A stretch of DNA of 63,884 nucleotides, filler included, from Thraustochytrium aureum (Eukaryota), in NCBI GenBank assembly GCA_012862495.1. It is 6 parts of 5 records of this genome, joined end to end, with 100 filler letters (N's around TTAATTAATTAA, not from the genome) between each part and the next. Parts side by side here need not be neighbours in the genome. Positions count along the whole stretch, not along the records: positions 14,540 to 27,863 come from BLSG01000018.1; positions 27,964 to 41,495 come from BLSG01000020.1; 4 more parts are not named here. The stretch is one strand, 5' to 3'. This document shows, in pieces, positions 20,713 through 33,016 of the stretch (position 1 is the stretch's first letter; each line of letters opens with the position of its first letter). Made by a program: the position numbers and the translations under genes. The notes under the pieces were generated by a model that was not told the DNA's origin, searched no databases, and saw only the letters and a list, made by a program, of their open reading frames with translations.

Positions 20713-23647
20713 ATGGTCCCCGGCGGCGAGGGCGCGGCGCCTGGAGCAAGCCCTGGGAAGAGGTCTCTGTGGACCAAGCTAAGGTCCCTGGCGGCCAAAC
20801 ACCGCAAGCAGGCCAAGGCAAACCCGACAGCGAAGCGAGGGGCGCGGGCTCGGAGCTGCCCTTGCCGGGGGCGCCCACGACTTCGACTGGACGTCGTTCA
20901 ACATGGTCAAGGTCGGGCCCGGAGCAGTCTCCCTCTCGAGAAAGGCATCTAAGGCCGTGTTCGAGGCCCTGGAGCGCGATGCGCAAGGCGCTACGCTCTC
21001 CTCAATCCAATCGACGCGCGCCTCGGTCGCGATCCGGACCGCCCTGCTTGCGCTGAACAAGTCACGCTGCGAGTTTCGAGTCTTCAGCTTTGGGTTTAGC
21101 AGACGGCGCAAGGGCCAAGTCCCCGACCCCGCCGAGGTGTTTGGCGAGCAGAGGGTGCAGGAGCACCGCAGCGAGCACGCGAGCTCGGGCCTAATCTCGG
21201 CGTACGAGTGCTTTGCAGAAGCCTTTCGCGTCGTGGCGTGGATCGACGCGGAGCCGAACCGCGTCGCGCTTGTTTGGCGACCTCTGAGCAGCACCTCAAG
21301 CTCGTGCTGGGAGCCGTGCAGCTCTACTCCAGGTCGTTCAACACGCGCGAAGCCAGCGTCGCGGGGTCGCATGCCGCGTTTCAGCGCCTCGACGCCGGGG
21401 GTCTGGCTCTCCGTCGTCGCGCCGACGCGATCCTTCTTCAGGCTTTCGAGGCGCACTGTCTCCTCGCCTGCGTCTACAGGGAAAAGCGGAGCGCAAGCCG
21501 TGGAGGATAAGGCCCTCTCGAGCGCCCAGCTCGGGCTAGCGCCCCGCCACCGGTCAAGCGTTCGAGCAAGCGCAGCGACTCGTCCCATTGCCAGGCGCAC
21601 CAGCTCACCGCGATCGGGGAGCTACGGTGGGCAGCGCCGCTCGTGAACGGCGGGTTTGCAACGGGCGAGCTCTGGTGGCGGCGAATGGTCCTTCGAAAGG
21701 TCATCCTTTCCCACGCGCCGCGCGCCGCGACGCAGAGCGGGCCCCCGGGCATCCCTGGAACGCAGAACGGGTGTTGCCGGCCGTATATGATGTTTATGAG
21801 CGGGGACCAGACCGACTTTCTCTATTCGACCATGGTGCAGGGTATTCGCGAAGTGGCTTACGTAGAGGGCGAGGGCGTGGCCTTCCCGATCAACTGCCGG
21901 GTGCAGCGCGACCTGGTGCTCAAGCTCTACCACCTCGAGCCGGGCCAGGCTGGCGCCCTGATCCTAAAGGCGCATGTGGACGTGGCAACCGCAGAGCCTG
22001 TGGAGGACCCAGTGATCTTCAAGGCCAATCCTACGGGGGAACAGACCACCATCGTCACCCTAGGTCGCGACGCGATCGCCGAGGTGTTGCAGCCCTCCTT
22101 TCTGGACGCTGACTTTGCCATCCACCTCGTCTTTGGGATGGACGCTGAGAATAGGGCCCTAAACCCGTCCGGGCCCCACGCGTTCCCTTCCGAGGCGGCC
22201 AGTCGCCCACCAGTGAGCGAGCCGTTGTCTTCGCCGAGCGCGAGGGCCGCCAGCCGCAGCAGCGTGGCGGTGCCGCTCGAGTTTGGCTCCTACGGCTACC
22301 CGCCAATGCAGTTCAAGTGCCCGGCGCCGATGTGCGGCCGCGTGCAGTACATGGGCGACCTCGCTGCTTCGCAGGTCGTAGTCTGCGAGTGGTGCAAGAC
22401 AAAGACGCCCATGTCGCCCCTTGTGCGAGACATGCAGCAAGTACTTGCTGCCCTTCCACGCCCCCTGCTTTTGTGGGCTCTGATGGGCAGGCCGCCGCCG
22501 CCGCCGCCGGGAGCAATGAGCAGGACGTCGAGGAGGAGGAAGAAGAGGAGGGCGAGCGTAGTGTAGGCCTTACTCTGGGGCGTGAGGTTGGCGCGGACGA
22601 GGCGGCGCAAACAGACCAAAGGCCTCCGGATCAGGCGGGGTCCGGCAGAATGAGTCTAAGCGAGAGGCGTGCCAGAGCTGCCGACGCCCCGCATTCTGAT
22701 TCTGGCCGGTTTGTAGACACAGATTCGACCGCGGCACTTGACGACAGTGACGCCATGCCCGATCGCGCCGATTCCGCGGAAGCAATAGGGACGGAGGAAG
22801 AGCAGCTGCAACAGGCCATCAACGCGTCTCTTGCCGACATGGAGCAGTTGTTGGCCTTTGCAGGCGAAGGGGGCGACGCTGACGGCGGACCTGACGGCGA
22901 ATCTGGCGGCGGATCTGCCGACGTCGGAGCGGAGCCCCCGGTTGCTCCCGTCGAGACATCTGCTGCTTTTGACCCAGAGGCCGCGCTGGAGCGCCGGCTC
23001 GTAAACGTGCTCTCCTTTCTCCCGTTTGCNNNNNNNNNNNNNNNNNNNNNNNNNNNNNNNNNNNNNNNNNNNNNNNNNNNNNNNNNNNNNNNNNNNNNNN
23101 NNNNNNNNNNNNNNNNNNNNNNNNNNNNNNNNNNNAAACGTCCCGCGCCCATCTGGAAGCAGAGCTCCGAAACGCCCTTCGCGCCTGCTCCTCTGAGGAA
23201 GATGCTGACAGGTTGTCCAGGCGTGGGTCTCCGGGGCTCTTGATTTGGCGGACGACGAGGGCGCGCTGCATTTCGTCAGCTTGGACGAAGGCGCCGAGAC
23301 GAGGGCCAGGACCCGTCTGGCGTTTGCCAAGCATGCAGAGGGATGACGCAGTCCGCTTCAACCCGTTCGCGGCTTTTCCCGGTCGCTCGATAGAGTACCG
23401 GTCGAGCTACCGTCGGCGCACGACGGGCCTAAGTGCGGCTGACCTCTCGCGGCTTCCTGTGCGCGTGGTTGGCGAGGGGGGGGTAAAGGGGCAGTGCAGC
23501 GTCTGCTTGCTCGGCTTTGATGAGGGCGACGAGTTGCGCACGCTGCCGTGCTTTCACTCGTACCATACTGACTGCATCGACCGCTGGCTGGCTGACAACT
23601 CCAAGTGCCCCGTCTGCCAGCGCGACACGCACAACGTCAGCGACTGA
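20713..23647 (+). CDS. PTEN/tensin-like pseudophosphatase + C2, Zn ribbon, UIM and RING-H2 E3 ligase (several indels, one gap)
   Basis: VAWIDAEPNRVALVW (PTEN-like, no HCxxGxxR); C2 LRKVILSHAP...CRPYMMF...INCRVQRDLVLKLYH; CPAPMC...CEWC; TEEEQLQQAINASL; CSVCLLGFDEGDELRTLPCFHSYHTDCIDRWLADNSKCPVC. Joining these into one gene is inferred. Confidence 0.65.
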
Positions 23648-23878
23648 GAGCACCCGAACTGCTCGCCACCAAGACAACCAAAACAACCGAAACAACCAAA
23701 ACCACTTTGTATAAGCTTGCCGCAGGCTCTTCGAGTCTCCGCGCCTCCAAGCCCCCGTCGCCGGGCGCCGAGCCGTCTGGCGTGCGGGCGGTTTCTCGCT
23801 GGCTCGGGCTCCGCGCACGGGGCGTCAGCTGGTCGGGCGAGCGGGCGGCTGGCGGCCCGCTGGCCGCCGCCCTCGGCA

Positions 23879-24648
23879 ATGAGCAAGGCGCAACGCGCCA
23901 AATGGGCCGCGGAGCAGGCCTCCGCGGAGCGTGCTCGAGTCGCGGCGCGCTCGCACTTGGAGAGCAAAGGCGTGCTGTGGAAGGTCGGCGCCACCTCCGA
24001 GGCTGAGCAGGACCCGGCATCGGAGGCCGCGCGTGCCGTGGCGGCGCTCCAGGACAACACGTTGGAGCTCGTTCGAGCCCGGCGAGCAGCAGAGCTCGCC
24101 GCCGCAGAAGCCGGCGCCACAGAGGCAGCTCGGCTAGACCGGCGTCGGAAAGTGGGAGCGGAGGCGGTGCAACCAAAGCGGAGGCAGCGCTTCCTGCTGG
24201 TTGGGTCGTGCAGGAGGATGCCATAGACGCGCAAGGGGACAGTTTGGCGAGCGTTGCCTTTTGCCACCTCGCGTCTGGCTGTGCGACGCTGGCAAAGCCG
24301 GCCCTGGATTGCGGCCCTGACGAGGCGCAGGGCGCCGGTCTGAGAGTTCGGCCGGGCTGGAAGACGCTGAAGGACCCGGAGAGTGGTCGGTTTTACTTTT
24401 GGCACCCGACCAGTGACTCGGTGCAGTGGGATGTTCCAGTCCTCGAGTCGCCGGCAGAGGTCGAGCCCGCAGAGGGCGCCTGCGTGGACAAGCTGGGACC
24501 AGGAACGGACGCGGTGGACGCAAGGCTCGTCAAGGCGGAGATAACGGAGGCGGGCACACCGGTGCCGTCATCGTCATCGCCGCCCCAGTTTGCTGGCCTG
24601 AGTCTCCCGGTGTTGGCCAAGAAAAAGCGGAGGAAGCGAGCGGTGTAG
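23879..24648 (+). CDS. WW-domain protein with basic NLS-like tail (indel near 24180)
   Basis: RPGWKTLKDPESGRFYFWHPTSDSVQWDVP; degenerate WW at LPAGWVVQ; C-terminal KKKRRKR. Confidence 0.75.
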
Positions 24649-25029
24649 GTGGCGGCGTGGAAGGTATTTGCCCGTTGTCTGCCTAAGCAGCGGGTCTGAA
24701 TCTTTGTACATTTATTAAAATATAGAGCCGCTGCCGCTGCCGTTGCTGCTACCGCTGCCGCTGCCTTTGCTGTTGCTCTGCCGCTGCGCTACCCGGTGCA
24801 CCATCTGGCCTCGGGCTGCGGCGCTAGGCGGTAAGATTTGGAGAAAAAAAGTACAAATCATGATACGGCTCTTGCTGGTTGTTTCCACCATCGCGCTTCC
24901 GCCGATGCTAACGCATGCGGCGTGCGTTCACAAAATGGGAGATGCAAAATGTAAAACCTACAACAATACCTACCACCACTCCACTGCAATGCACATCAAA
25001 ACCCAGCCACCCCTACCAATACAGCGAAG

Positions 25030-25353
25030 CTATGCGAGAGCGATCTCCCTCTGGCGCGCCGCGGCCCGAGCCGAGCCATAGTCACCGCGACTTGTCCCGC
25101 TCAGGTCCTGCGACTGTGGCAGGGACTGCGAGCGGGACACCAGCGCCAGCCCCGGAGTGGATGGAGGTCTTGCGCCGCTCGCGAAAGCGCTCGACGCTCG
25201 CCGCGGCTCTGGCTTTTCCTGCGTGGGCCAGGTGCGCGGCGCGAGCTTGGACAAATTAGGGTCAGCGCCATAAAACTTGACCGGCTCCGCGCCGTCGTCT
25301 GCCTCCACATAATGCAGCGTCAGCTTGTCCGGCTTGCTCGACAAGCAGCCCAT
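25030..25353 (-). CDS. Small predicted N-myristoylated/palmitoylated protein
   Basis: Starts MGCLSSK (dual-acylation consensus); otherwise unrecognised. Confidence 0.5.
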   Translation of the reverse strand: MGCLSSKPDKLTLHYVEADDGAEPVKFYGADPNLSKLAPRTWPTQEKPEPRRASSAFASGARPPSTPGLALVSRSQSLPQSQDLSGTSRGDYGSARAAARQREIALA

Positions 25354-26506
25354 GCTCGCCAGCCCGCGCGCCGCGGCGGGTCCGCCAGCCCGCCACCGAG
25401 CCAGCAGCCTAGGGCCGCCCCGAAGCGCCACCAGTCAGGGCGCCCGATCTCCCCAAAACGTCGACAGCCTCCCGACGTGGACGCCGCCCAGACCCCTGCG
25501 CAGCCAAGTAGTTCGGGCGGGTCTTGAGGGAGGCTTGCGGGGCGAACCCGGCGTCGCGCGCAGCCGCCGCAGCCGCCGCTCCCGCGATGATGCCAGCCCT
25601 CGAGCCGCTCGGCACTGCCTACTAGCACTCCCTGCTGTGCGAAAGTACCATAGCGGACAAACAGACCAAAACACGGCATATTTCCGCAAAACCCCGGTAC
25701 TTCCGTCAACAACGGTACTTCACTTCAAATACGTCTCAGCGCGCAACGGAACAAAACGCACCCCGGGGAAACCGCCAGAGCCGCGCGCTTGTGCCAGCCG
25801 TTTCCCCGGTTTCGCCGTTTGCAGTTTTTAATTTTAATCCAACTAAATCGATTTATATCTTTAAATCGCCATGGCCGATTGGCGATGCGTTTCTGGTACG
25901 AGGCGTGGAGGGTGTGCGTGCTGGTTCTTTCTTTGGCAGACCCAGCACTCGCCTGCGCCGCAGTGCCAGGCGCCAGCAGGCCTGCGTGGCTGCGCGGCTG
26001 TGTGCGTGGGTGCGTGCGTGCGTGGCTGCGTGGCCCGTTTGCTTCCGACACGCTTCCGAGTCCTTGCTTTCGGCCGCTCGTGGTGCTGGCTGGCCTTCTC
26101 ACGATTCGCATCGGCTCGTGCACGTGCCACCGGTTGTTGCTCGCTCGCTCGCGGCGCACGAACTGCCGTCTGCTTGCTGGCCTTGCTGGACAAACTGCAA
26201 CGTCCTTGCTGGCTTGCATCAAGGGACTCCTCAACTGAGCAGAGCAGACCAACTGGAACCCTGGTGGCTAGCTACCGCGCCAGTCTTGATGCCTGGCTGA
26301 TCTCGGCTTGTGCAATTTGTGCAGGATCATCTCGGCACCACCGCCGCTGGAGGCTTGGATTCGAGGAGCAGCAGAAGGCTTGTGCATGATCGCACGCAGC
26401 AAGCCGCCTCGCGAACAGCAGACCTGCAAGAGCGGCTTGCGTGGCATTCAGGCTCTTGTTCCTCTCCCAAAGACCAAGACAGAGGTTGGGCAGCGCGACG
26501 GTGAAG

Positions 26507-27863
26507 ATGCAGCGCGCCGGCGCGGCTGCGCTCGTGCTCCTGGCGAGCGTCGTGGCCGTGGCGTTTGGAAACCTGGAGCTGGCCCAGGATCGGCCCATTC
26601 CAGAGCCAGTTCGCGACGGGCGCTTCGGTTGAAATGTCGGGGGACATCGTCGTCGTGGCGCTCGCGAAAGAAGCGCAAGCAGCTTTGGGCAAAGTGCTTG
26701 TGTTCAAGCGCGAGGGGCAGAACAGCTTCGCGCAAATGGCCGAGCTGGACCCGCCCGAAGAAGCTGTTTCGTTTCCGATGGGCGTTTCCGTCAGCGGCTC
26801 GACCATCGTTGTTGGCGCGACCTACAGGTTTGGCCAGTTTGAAACCCGTGGCTTTGGCGCTATCTACGAGCGGCGCGGGGAAGAGTGGGCGAACGTCGGC
26901 AAGCTAAACAGCACTCGGACTGGAGGGATTGGGCCTTCGTTCAAAGTTCGAGACGAGCGCATCGTCATTGCCGAGGCCAAGTCCACCTCTGGGGTAGAAC
27001 GATTCTCCTCGAAGCTGATGATGTTTGAGAGGCAGACCGACGGCGCGTGGGTCGAAACCGCCGTGCTCGACACTGGATTCGTGTCTATTGTGTCAAGTGC
27101 GGCATACAGGGTGGAGCTGAGCGATGGCGTCGTGACCGTCAGCTTGCTAGCGATCGAAAACGACGTTCTGATGACAGGGCTGCGTGTGTTCAAGGAGGAC
27201 GCGAGCGGGACCTGGGCGCCGCTCCCGCTCCCTTTGGAAGACTTTGTACTTGTCGTCCCACCCAACGAAGAAGACATTGGCACTGGGCTTCTGCGATCTG
27301 GAGTCTACTCGAACGGCAACCTTGTCGTCGTCGACGTCCCCATTGACTTCACACCTCCACCAGGCGTTCTGCCACCCATCACGCTGGAAGCTAGAGTGTA
27401 TGGGCTTAAGGCCGACAGCACGTGGACTGTGCCGTTTGAACTTGCCGCGGTCAGTAGCCCTTTGGAGTTTGGCACGTTTCTCTTCGACCTCTGGTATGAC
27501 TTTCAAGGCGACATGCTCATCCTTGGCGATCCCGCAAACTCAGACCGCGCCGCGAACGGGGGCGCCATGCGCATCTATCAGCGTTTCGGAGCGGATATCG
27601 GCGACCCCTGGGCGCTCGTCAACACCGCCTACCCTTTTGACGAGCAAGACGGCCTGCGGTTCGGTCGTCGCGTCGCCATCGACGGCCAAAACTTTGCGAT
27701 TGGCGCAGCGAATGAGGCCGAAGACAAGCCGATCGTCTACGTGTTTACCTACAACCCAGATACCCCTGTGCTGGCGTACCCGCGCGAGCACCGCATCGAG
27801 GGCCGCGTCATTGGCGAGTTTCAGAGCGAAGCCACCGATCCTCGCGAATTCTGCCGGCGCGCG
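26507..27863 (+). CDS. Secreted FG-GAP-repeat beta-propeller protein, 3'-truncated by scaffold end
   Basis: Signal peptide MQRAGAAALVLLASVVAVAFG (indel near 26600); repeats GASVEMSGDIVVVA, GVSVSGSTIVVGA, FGRRVAIDGQNFAIGA. Confidence 0.8.
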
Positions 27864-27963
27864 NNNNNNNNNNNNNNNNNNNNNNNNNNNNNNNNNNNNN
27901 NNNNNNNTTAATTAATTAANNNNNNNNNNNNNNNNNNNNNNNNNNNNNNNNNNNNNNNNNNNN
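27864..27963. other. Artificial scaffold linker
   Basis: N44-TTAATTAATTAA-N44. Confidence 0.97.
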
Positions 27964-28234
27964 AAAGCGGCGTAGGCGCGGCGCCAGTTTTCGTGGAAAA
28001 AGGGGTGCGCGCAGTAGGTAGCACTCGAGCGTCTTGTACTCGGAGTGGTACCAGAAGGCGTCGTTGGCGTTGGGGGTGTCGATCATCCGGTAGCACATCT
28101 CGCGCCAGCGCTCCTCGGGCACCGCGGGATCGCGCGGTAGGCGGCCTCGAGGGTGATCCGGTCTTCGATTGGTTTGGGGACTGCCAAAGGGGAAAAAAGC
28201 TGGGCGCGTGAAACCTCTGCTGCTGCTCGGCAGC

Positions 28235-29075
28235 ATGAGTGACGAAGAGGGGAGCTTGGACTATGGCGAGGCGTGCTCCGCAGGAGAAGGTGCGCGGAGC
28301 TTGGCGCGGAAGAACAAGAAGAACCGCACGATCAAGAGGGCCGCGCCGCAAACACAACAGGCCGCAGAGGAAGCCGCGGGTGGACAACTTGCGCGCCAAG
28401 CTGCCCGACGTCGATGCCGCGCACAAGGCGCGCGTGGCGGAGCTCGAGGCGCTGGTGGCGCGCAGCGAGGAGCAGCCGCAGCAGCTGGAAACCTACGTGC
28501 TCAACTATGACGCGTGGGTCTACAAGCGCGTTGGGGCGATGCAGGAGGCGCTAGAGGCGGACGAGGAGGAGCGGCGCCGGGAGGAGCGAGGTGCTCGCGC
28601 CAGGGGGAGGCCAAGCTGCTGCGCTTGCACCGGCGCGCATTCGAGCCCTCGCTTGTTGCCCTCGCGAAGACGGTGCCGCACGGCTCGGGCTCCGAGATCG
28701 GCCCAGACCCGTGGGCTACGTGGGCGGCGACGACATCCGCGACTTCGTCCCGCGCGCCGGCGACCAGTACCAGCGGCAGTGCCGGCGCGAGTTCGACCGG
28801 CTCTACCACGACACGATCCGCCACTCGCGCAGGGAGGTGGTCGAGTGGCCGGACACGCTCAAGTGCAAGCTCGAGGCGGCGCTGGAGCTCGGCAAGCCGC
28901 GGCGGGAGGACTTCGTCTGCGACGACTGCAAGTGCGAGATGCGCATCAACACCGCGGAGGGCGTGCTTGTCTGCACGGGCTGCGGCTCTCGGTCAAGGGC
29001 GGCGACGGCGTCGGCTTCAAGGAGAGTCGCAGATGGAGACGCGCGGCGCGGCTCCGTACGACCGCCTGGCTCACG
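28235..29075 (+). pseudogene. VLTF3: Viral late transcription factor 3 (poxvirus A2-like), about 5 frameshifts, C-terminally truncated
   Basis: Zn ribbon CDDCKCEMRINTAEGVLVCTGCG (28918-28986), then across frames GVGFKE-SQMETRGAAPYDRLAH, matching the YxRxxH motif. Similarity stops at 29075. Confidence 0.75.
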
Positions 29076-30594
29076 CAAGTTGGTTGGATGGCTCTTTCCT
29101 TTCATTAGGTCGATGACGCCGACGAGGGTCGCTTCGTCGCTGGTCTGGCCTTCCTCTGGCTGCTCGTATTGAGATGGCGTTGGCGACGACGGCCTCGAGA
29201 TCGCCGGGGTATACGACGGCACACTGGACGAGAGGATCCGGTAATCGCAAGAGCACTTTGTTCTAAACGAGGGAATCATGGACTCCATCATCCCCGGTGC
29301 CACTCCGGTTGCCGACACTAAGCCCCAGCGCACTGGAGCGTCAAAGAAGACCACCAAAGCCACACAGGGTGGTACCAAAAAAACGCCACGTTTTTGCGGC
29401 GCGTCACCCCAATAGGACCTACTAGTACCCAATTATAGGTGAGGTTTTCGCAAGCTTGTCTCTAAATTGACCCGGGATCGAATCCTAGCACAAAACAGAG
29501 GGAGCTACTTGGGGTAAATAAGAACTCTTAGTGGTTACTTAGCGCCGCGCAAACGTCAGAGGGGCATGACATGCGGCCGACCTCTCAGCGCATGCGGTCC
29601 AGGAGGCGGCGGTACGCGCCGGCCGCGGAGCATCACCAAAATCAGCGCGTGTCGTCGCGTTAGTCCCCAAACGACGCGAGTTGTCAAGAAGGCATGACGA
29701 AAGAGAAGAAGCTGCTGGGCGATTCGCCACGACACAGTCGGTCTTGGGGGAGTCGCGTATACATGACGCTGACTGATTTGAAAGGCGTGTGGCAGTCTCC
29801 AGAGGAACAGGAGGTTGTAGGGGATAGGCAAGACGGCCGAAGGCATCGCTCCTGGGATAGGCTCTTTTTAGCACCACTCGGGTTGGGGCTACTTGTAGAC
29901 GAAGCAAAATCCGGGTGTCCCTTTTTCTTGTCCTCAGCAGACCCCAAACAACGGGAAGCAAAATGTGACCCAAGTGCGAGAGNNNNNNNNNNNNNNNNNN
30001 NNNNNNNNNNNNNNNNNNNNNNNNNNNNNNNNNNNNNNNNNNNNNNNNNNNNNNNNNNNNNNNNNNNNNNNNNNNNNNNNNNNNNNNNNNNNNNNNNNNN
30101 NNNNNNNNNNNNNNNNNNNNNNNNNNNNNNNNNNNNNNNNNNNNNNNNNNNNNNNNNNNNNNNNNNNNGACTTGGCAAGAGCGACTCGAGTACGAAGGGC
30201 ACTCACTGGCGCTGAAGAAGCAAATGATCAAACTCCAAGAGACGAAGCGCAACACCGACCTTCAGACGATCGAGATGTTGCTAGACGAAAACGACGTCTT
30301 CTCGGACGAGCTTGGCAAGCTGGAGCGAAAGGCCATCGTTCCCAACACGACCAAGCGCATGAAAGCCAACACGTACAACCCGCAAACCAATCCCGCATCT
30401 CCGCTGAGCAACGTGAAGATCCCGCGACAGAATCGAAAACCTCAAAGGAAATTGCGGAGACCAGTCTCGGGCGACGCCTCGGCTCGTCTGAGGTTGTCGA
30501 GTCCGAGTCGAAGTTGGCCAGGGCTGAGCACGGCGAATGGCCGCCGAGTAGCAAGAAGTGAAACAAACAACACGTACAATCCTAATTCTTGATT

Positions 30595-31194
30595 CTATCT
30601 CGAGGGCAGACCAACGGGCGCGGGCATGGCGTTGCGCGAGGGCAGGCCGGCCGACAGGTTGCCCGCGTAGCTGCTCCCGCCATAGACGCCTCGGTAGCGC
30701 GAGTTGACCAAGACGACGATAGCGACGACGGAGAAGATTCCGACGGCCACGCCGCCGGCCAGCGCGCCGATCGCCAGGCCCGCGCCCAGGGACCAGGCGA
30801 TGAGGCTCGGGCCGAAGGAGTTCGTGCGACCGTAGCCCGAGTTGAGCAGGATCGCGTGCAGGGCGAACCCGGCGAAGAGCGCGGCCATGAAGAAGGCCGC
30901 CATCGCCCCCTTCTCCATGGCGAAGGCGAGCACGGTGCCGACGAGCGCGCCGGGGATGGGGATGAAGGACAGGAGGTGCAGCATGTAGTTGAAGCCGGAC
31001 CAGAGGCCGCCGGGGTAGGGCATCGCCGCCGTTGAGCAGGCCGGTCTGCGAGGCCTGCACGAGGGCTTTGGCGCGGCCGGCAGCCTGCCCCTGCTCGACC
31101 CAGCCGATCTGCTGCATCCTGAAGTCCACCTCCGCATCGAGCGGCATCGTCATGTAGTTGGAGTAGGAGCTCATCGAGCGGAAGAGCCCGCCAT
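30595..31194 (-). CDS. Hypothetical 3-4 TM membrane protein (viral segment), frameshifted
   Basis: MSSYSNYMTMPLDAEVDFRMQQIGWVEQGQ... joins PYPGGLWSGFNYMLHLLSFIPIPGALVG...VGIFSVVAIVVLV in another frame; strong C/G third-position bias. Confidence 0.55.
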
Positions 31195-31373
31195 GGCGAA
31201 GTTGGCTTTGTGCTTGCGCTACATTTTAGTCCTGGTCGCTGAGGTCGGAGGGCGGCAGCTCCTCGCCCGAATCGCTGGCCGAGTCTTCGGCCGCGTCGGT
31301 TCCCGGGTCGGCGGCGGGCGCCGCTTATCAACGGGAAAATCTCCCCTCGGGATTGCCAAGACCTCACTACCAA

Positions 31374-32546
31374 CTAATAAAAGAGCCAGGGCTGCCCAGC
31401 CTGTGGGCTCGAGCATACCTTTTCGCTGGGTGGTGAAGAACCCTCACATTCGTCACCAGTCCGCCCTCCGGTGCAAGGGTTTGTGCGTCGCATGCGGTGC
31501 TCGTAGTGGTCGGTCTCCTTGTTTTTGTCTCGGTTGCCCTGGTTGGCTTGGCCGCAGCGCGTGTGTTGGCTCTTGGCGCACAGTCGCGTCTCGCTAATCA
31601 GGTTCCGGGAAAGCGGGATCATGCTTCGGCCCTCCACCCGCGAGGGGACGGGCACGCCGATGGCCTCCATCACGGTGGGGTAGATGTCGACCATCTCGGT
31701 CATCTGCCAGCGCTTTTGGCCGCGGCGCTCCTGCGGCATGCCCGGGATGGCGATCACCATCGGGGTCCTGACGGCCGAGGCGCCTCGGTGGTCGAGTTTT
31801 TGCAGACCTGGCCCTGGTCGCCGTGGCGCCACCCGTGGTCCGAGAAGGCAACGAACGCCGTGTTCCTCTGGCCCATGAGCCAGTCCTCATAGCTGACGCA
31901 GGCAAAGTACATCTCGCGATGGCCGCGGATCTCCTCCATGGTGAGCGGTTGGCCCGACCTCTGCACGCGGCAGTTGAAGTAGGGGAGGTTGTAGGGTGCC
32001 TCGAGAACCGGCGGCACGGGCACCTCCAGCGCCCAGGGCGGGTCCGGGTCGAACCTGTCCGCCGCGAGCCCGACTTGTACATGTCCTCGAAGTAGGTGGG
32101 CGCGCGGAGTGGCGAGTGGGGCACGTTGATGGCCCAGAAGATGGCAAAGGGCTTCCCAGTCTTCTCGTACTCGTGCTTTTCAACTCGGCGAGCTTCTCCA
32201 AGACCCACGCCTTGTTCACCTCGTCGCGGCAGTCGTATTCGCCGCTCGAGATTTTCATTTCGCGGAGCGTGGCCGGCGAGGGCCCGTCCCAGGCGTCCTT
32301 GTAGGAGGGGGCGCCCGGCGCCACGCCGGGCCCGCCTCTGCAGCGTGTCAACTTTGGGTACTCTGTGCCCCTTTTCCTCGACTTGCTCTGCGTTGATCTT
32401 GAGGATGGGGTCGGGGTCGGCCGGAGCGAAATCCTTCCGCCGCCCGCCGTCGAGGACGCGGCCGTCGTCTGATTTGTGCAAGACTTTGCCGACGGAGATG
32501 ACGTTGTAGCCCTGTTCGCTGAGGTAGTTCATCATGAGCAGGTTTT
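31374..32546 (-). pseudogene. Sulfatase (iduronate-2-/choline-sulfatase-like S1 family), disrupted; 5' part in gap
   Basis: GYNVISVGKVLH, KPFAIFWAINVPHSPLRAP, YFACVSYED, FSDHGWRHGDQG..CK, VRTPMVIAIPG, EMVDIYPTV...VEGRSM, spread over several frames. Confidence 0.85.
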
Positions 32547-33016
32547 NNNNNNNNNNNNNNNNNNNNNNNNNNNNNNNNNNNNNNNNNNNNNNNNNNNNNN
32601 NNNNNNNNNNNNNNNNNNNNNNNNNNNNNNNNNNNNNNNNNNNNNNNNNNNNNNNNNNNNNNNNNNNNNNNNNNNNNNNNNNNNNNNNNNNNNNNNNNNN
32701 NNNNNNNNNNNNNNNNNNNNNNNNNNNNNNNNNNNNNNNNNNNNNNNNNNNNNNNNNNNNNNNNNNNNNNNNNNNNNNNNNNNNNNNNNNNNNNNNNNNN
32801 NNNNNNNNNNNNNNNNNNNNNNNNNNNNNNNNNNNNNNNNNNNNNNNNNNNNNNNNNNNNNNNNNNNNNNNNNNNNNNNNNNNNNNNNNNNNNNNNNNNN
32901 NNNNNNNNNNNNNNNNNNNNNNNNNNNGACCCGACAGGCGGACACCGAACACAAGTGCTGTGGTGCGAGACGCTGTACCGAAAGAGGCCACAGCCAGAGA
33001 GTCGCAGCGAGCTCAG

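Noticed and set aside
27964..28200. PAN/apple domain in the minus-strand fragment EMCYRMIDTPNANDAFWYHSEYKTLECYL
   Set aside because: Too few cysteines and truncated at the scaffold end; left as an unassigned fragment.
29380..29560. LTR or TIR of an inserted transposon
   Set aside because: AT-rich, but I found no partner repeat or transposase in the scaffold.
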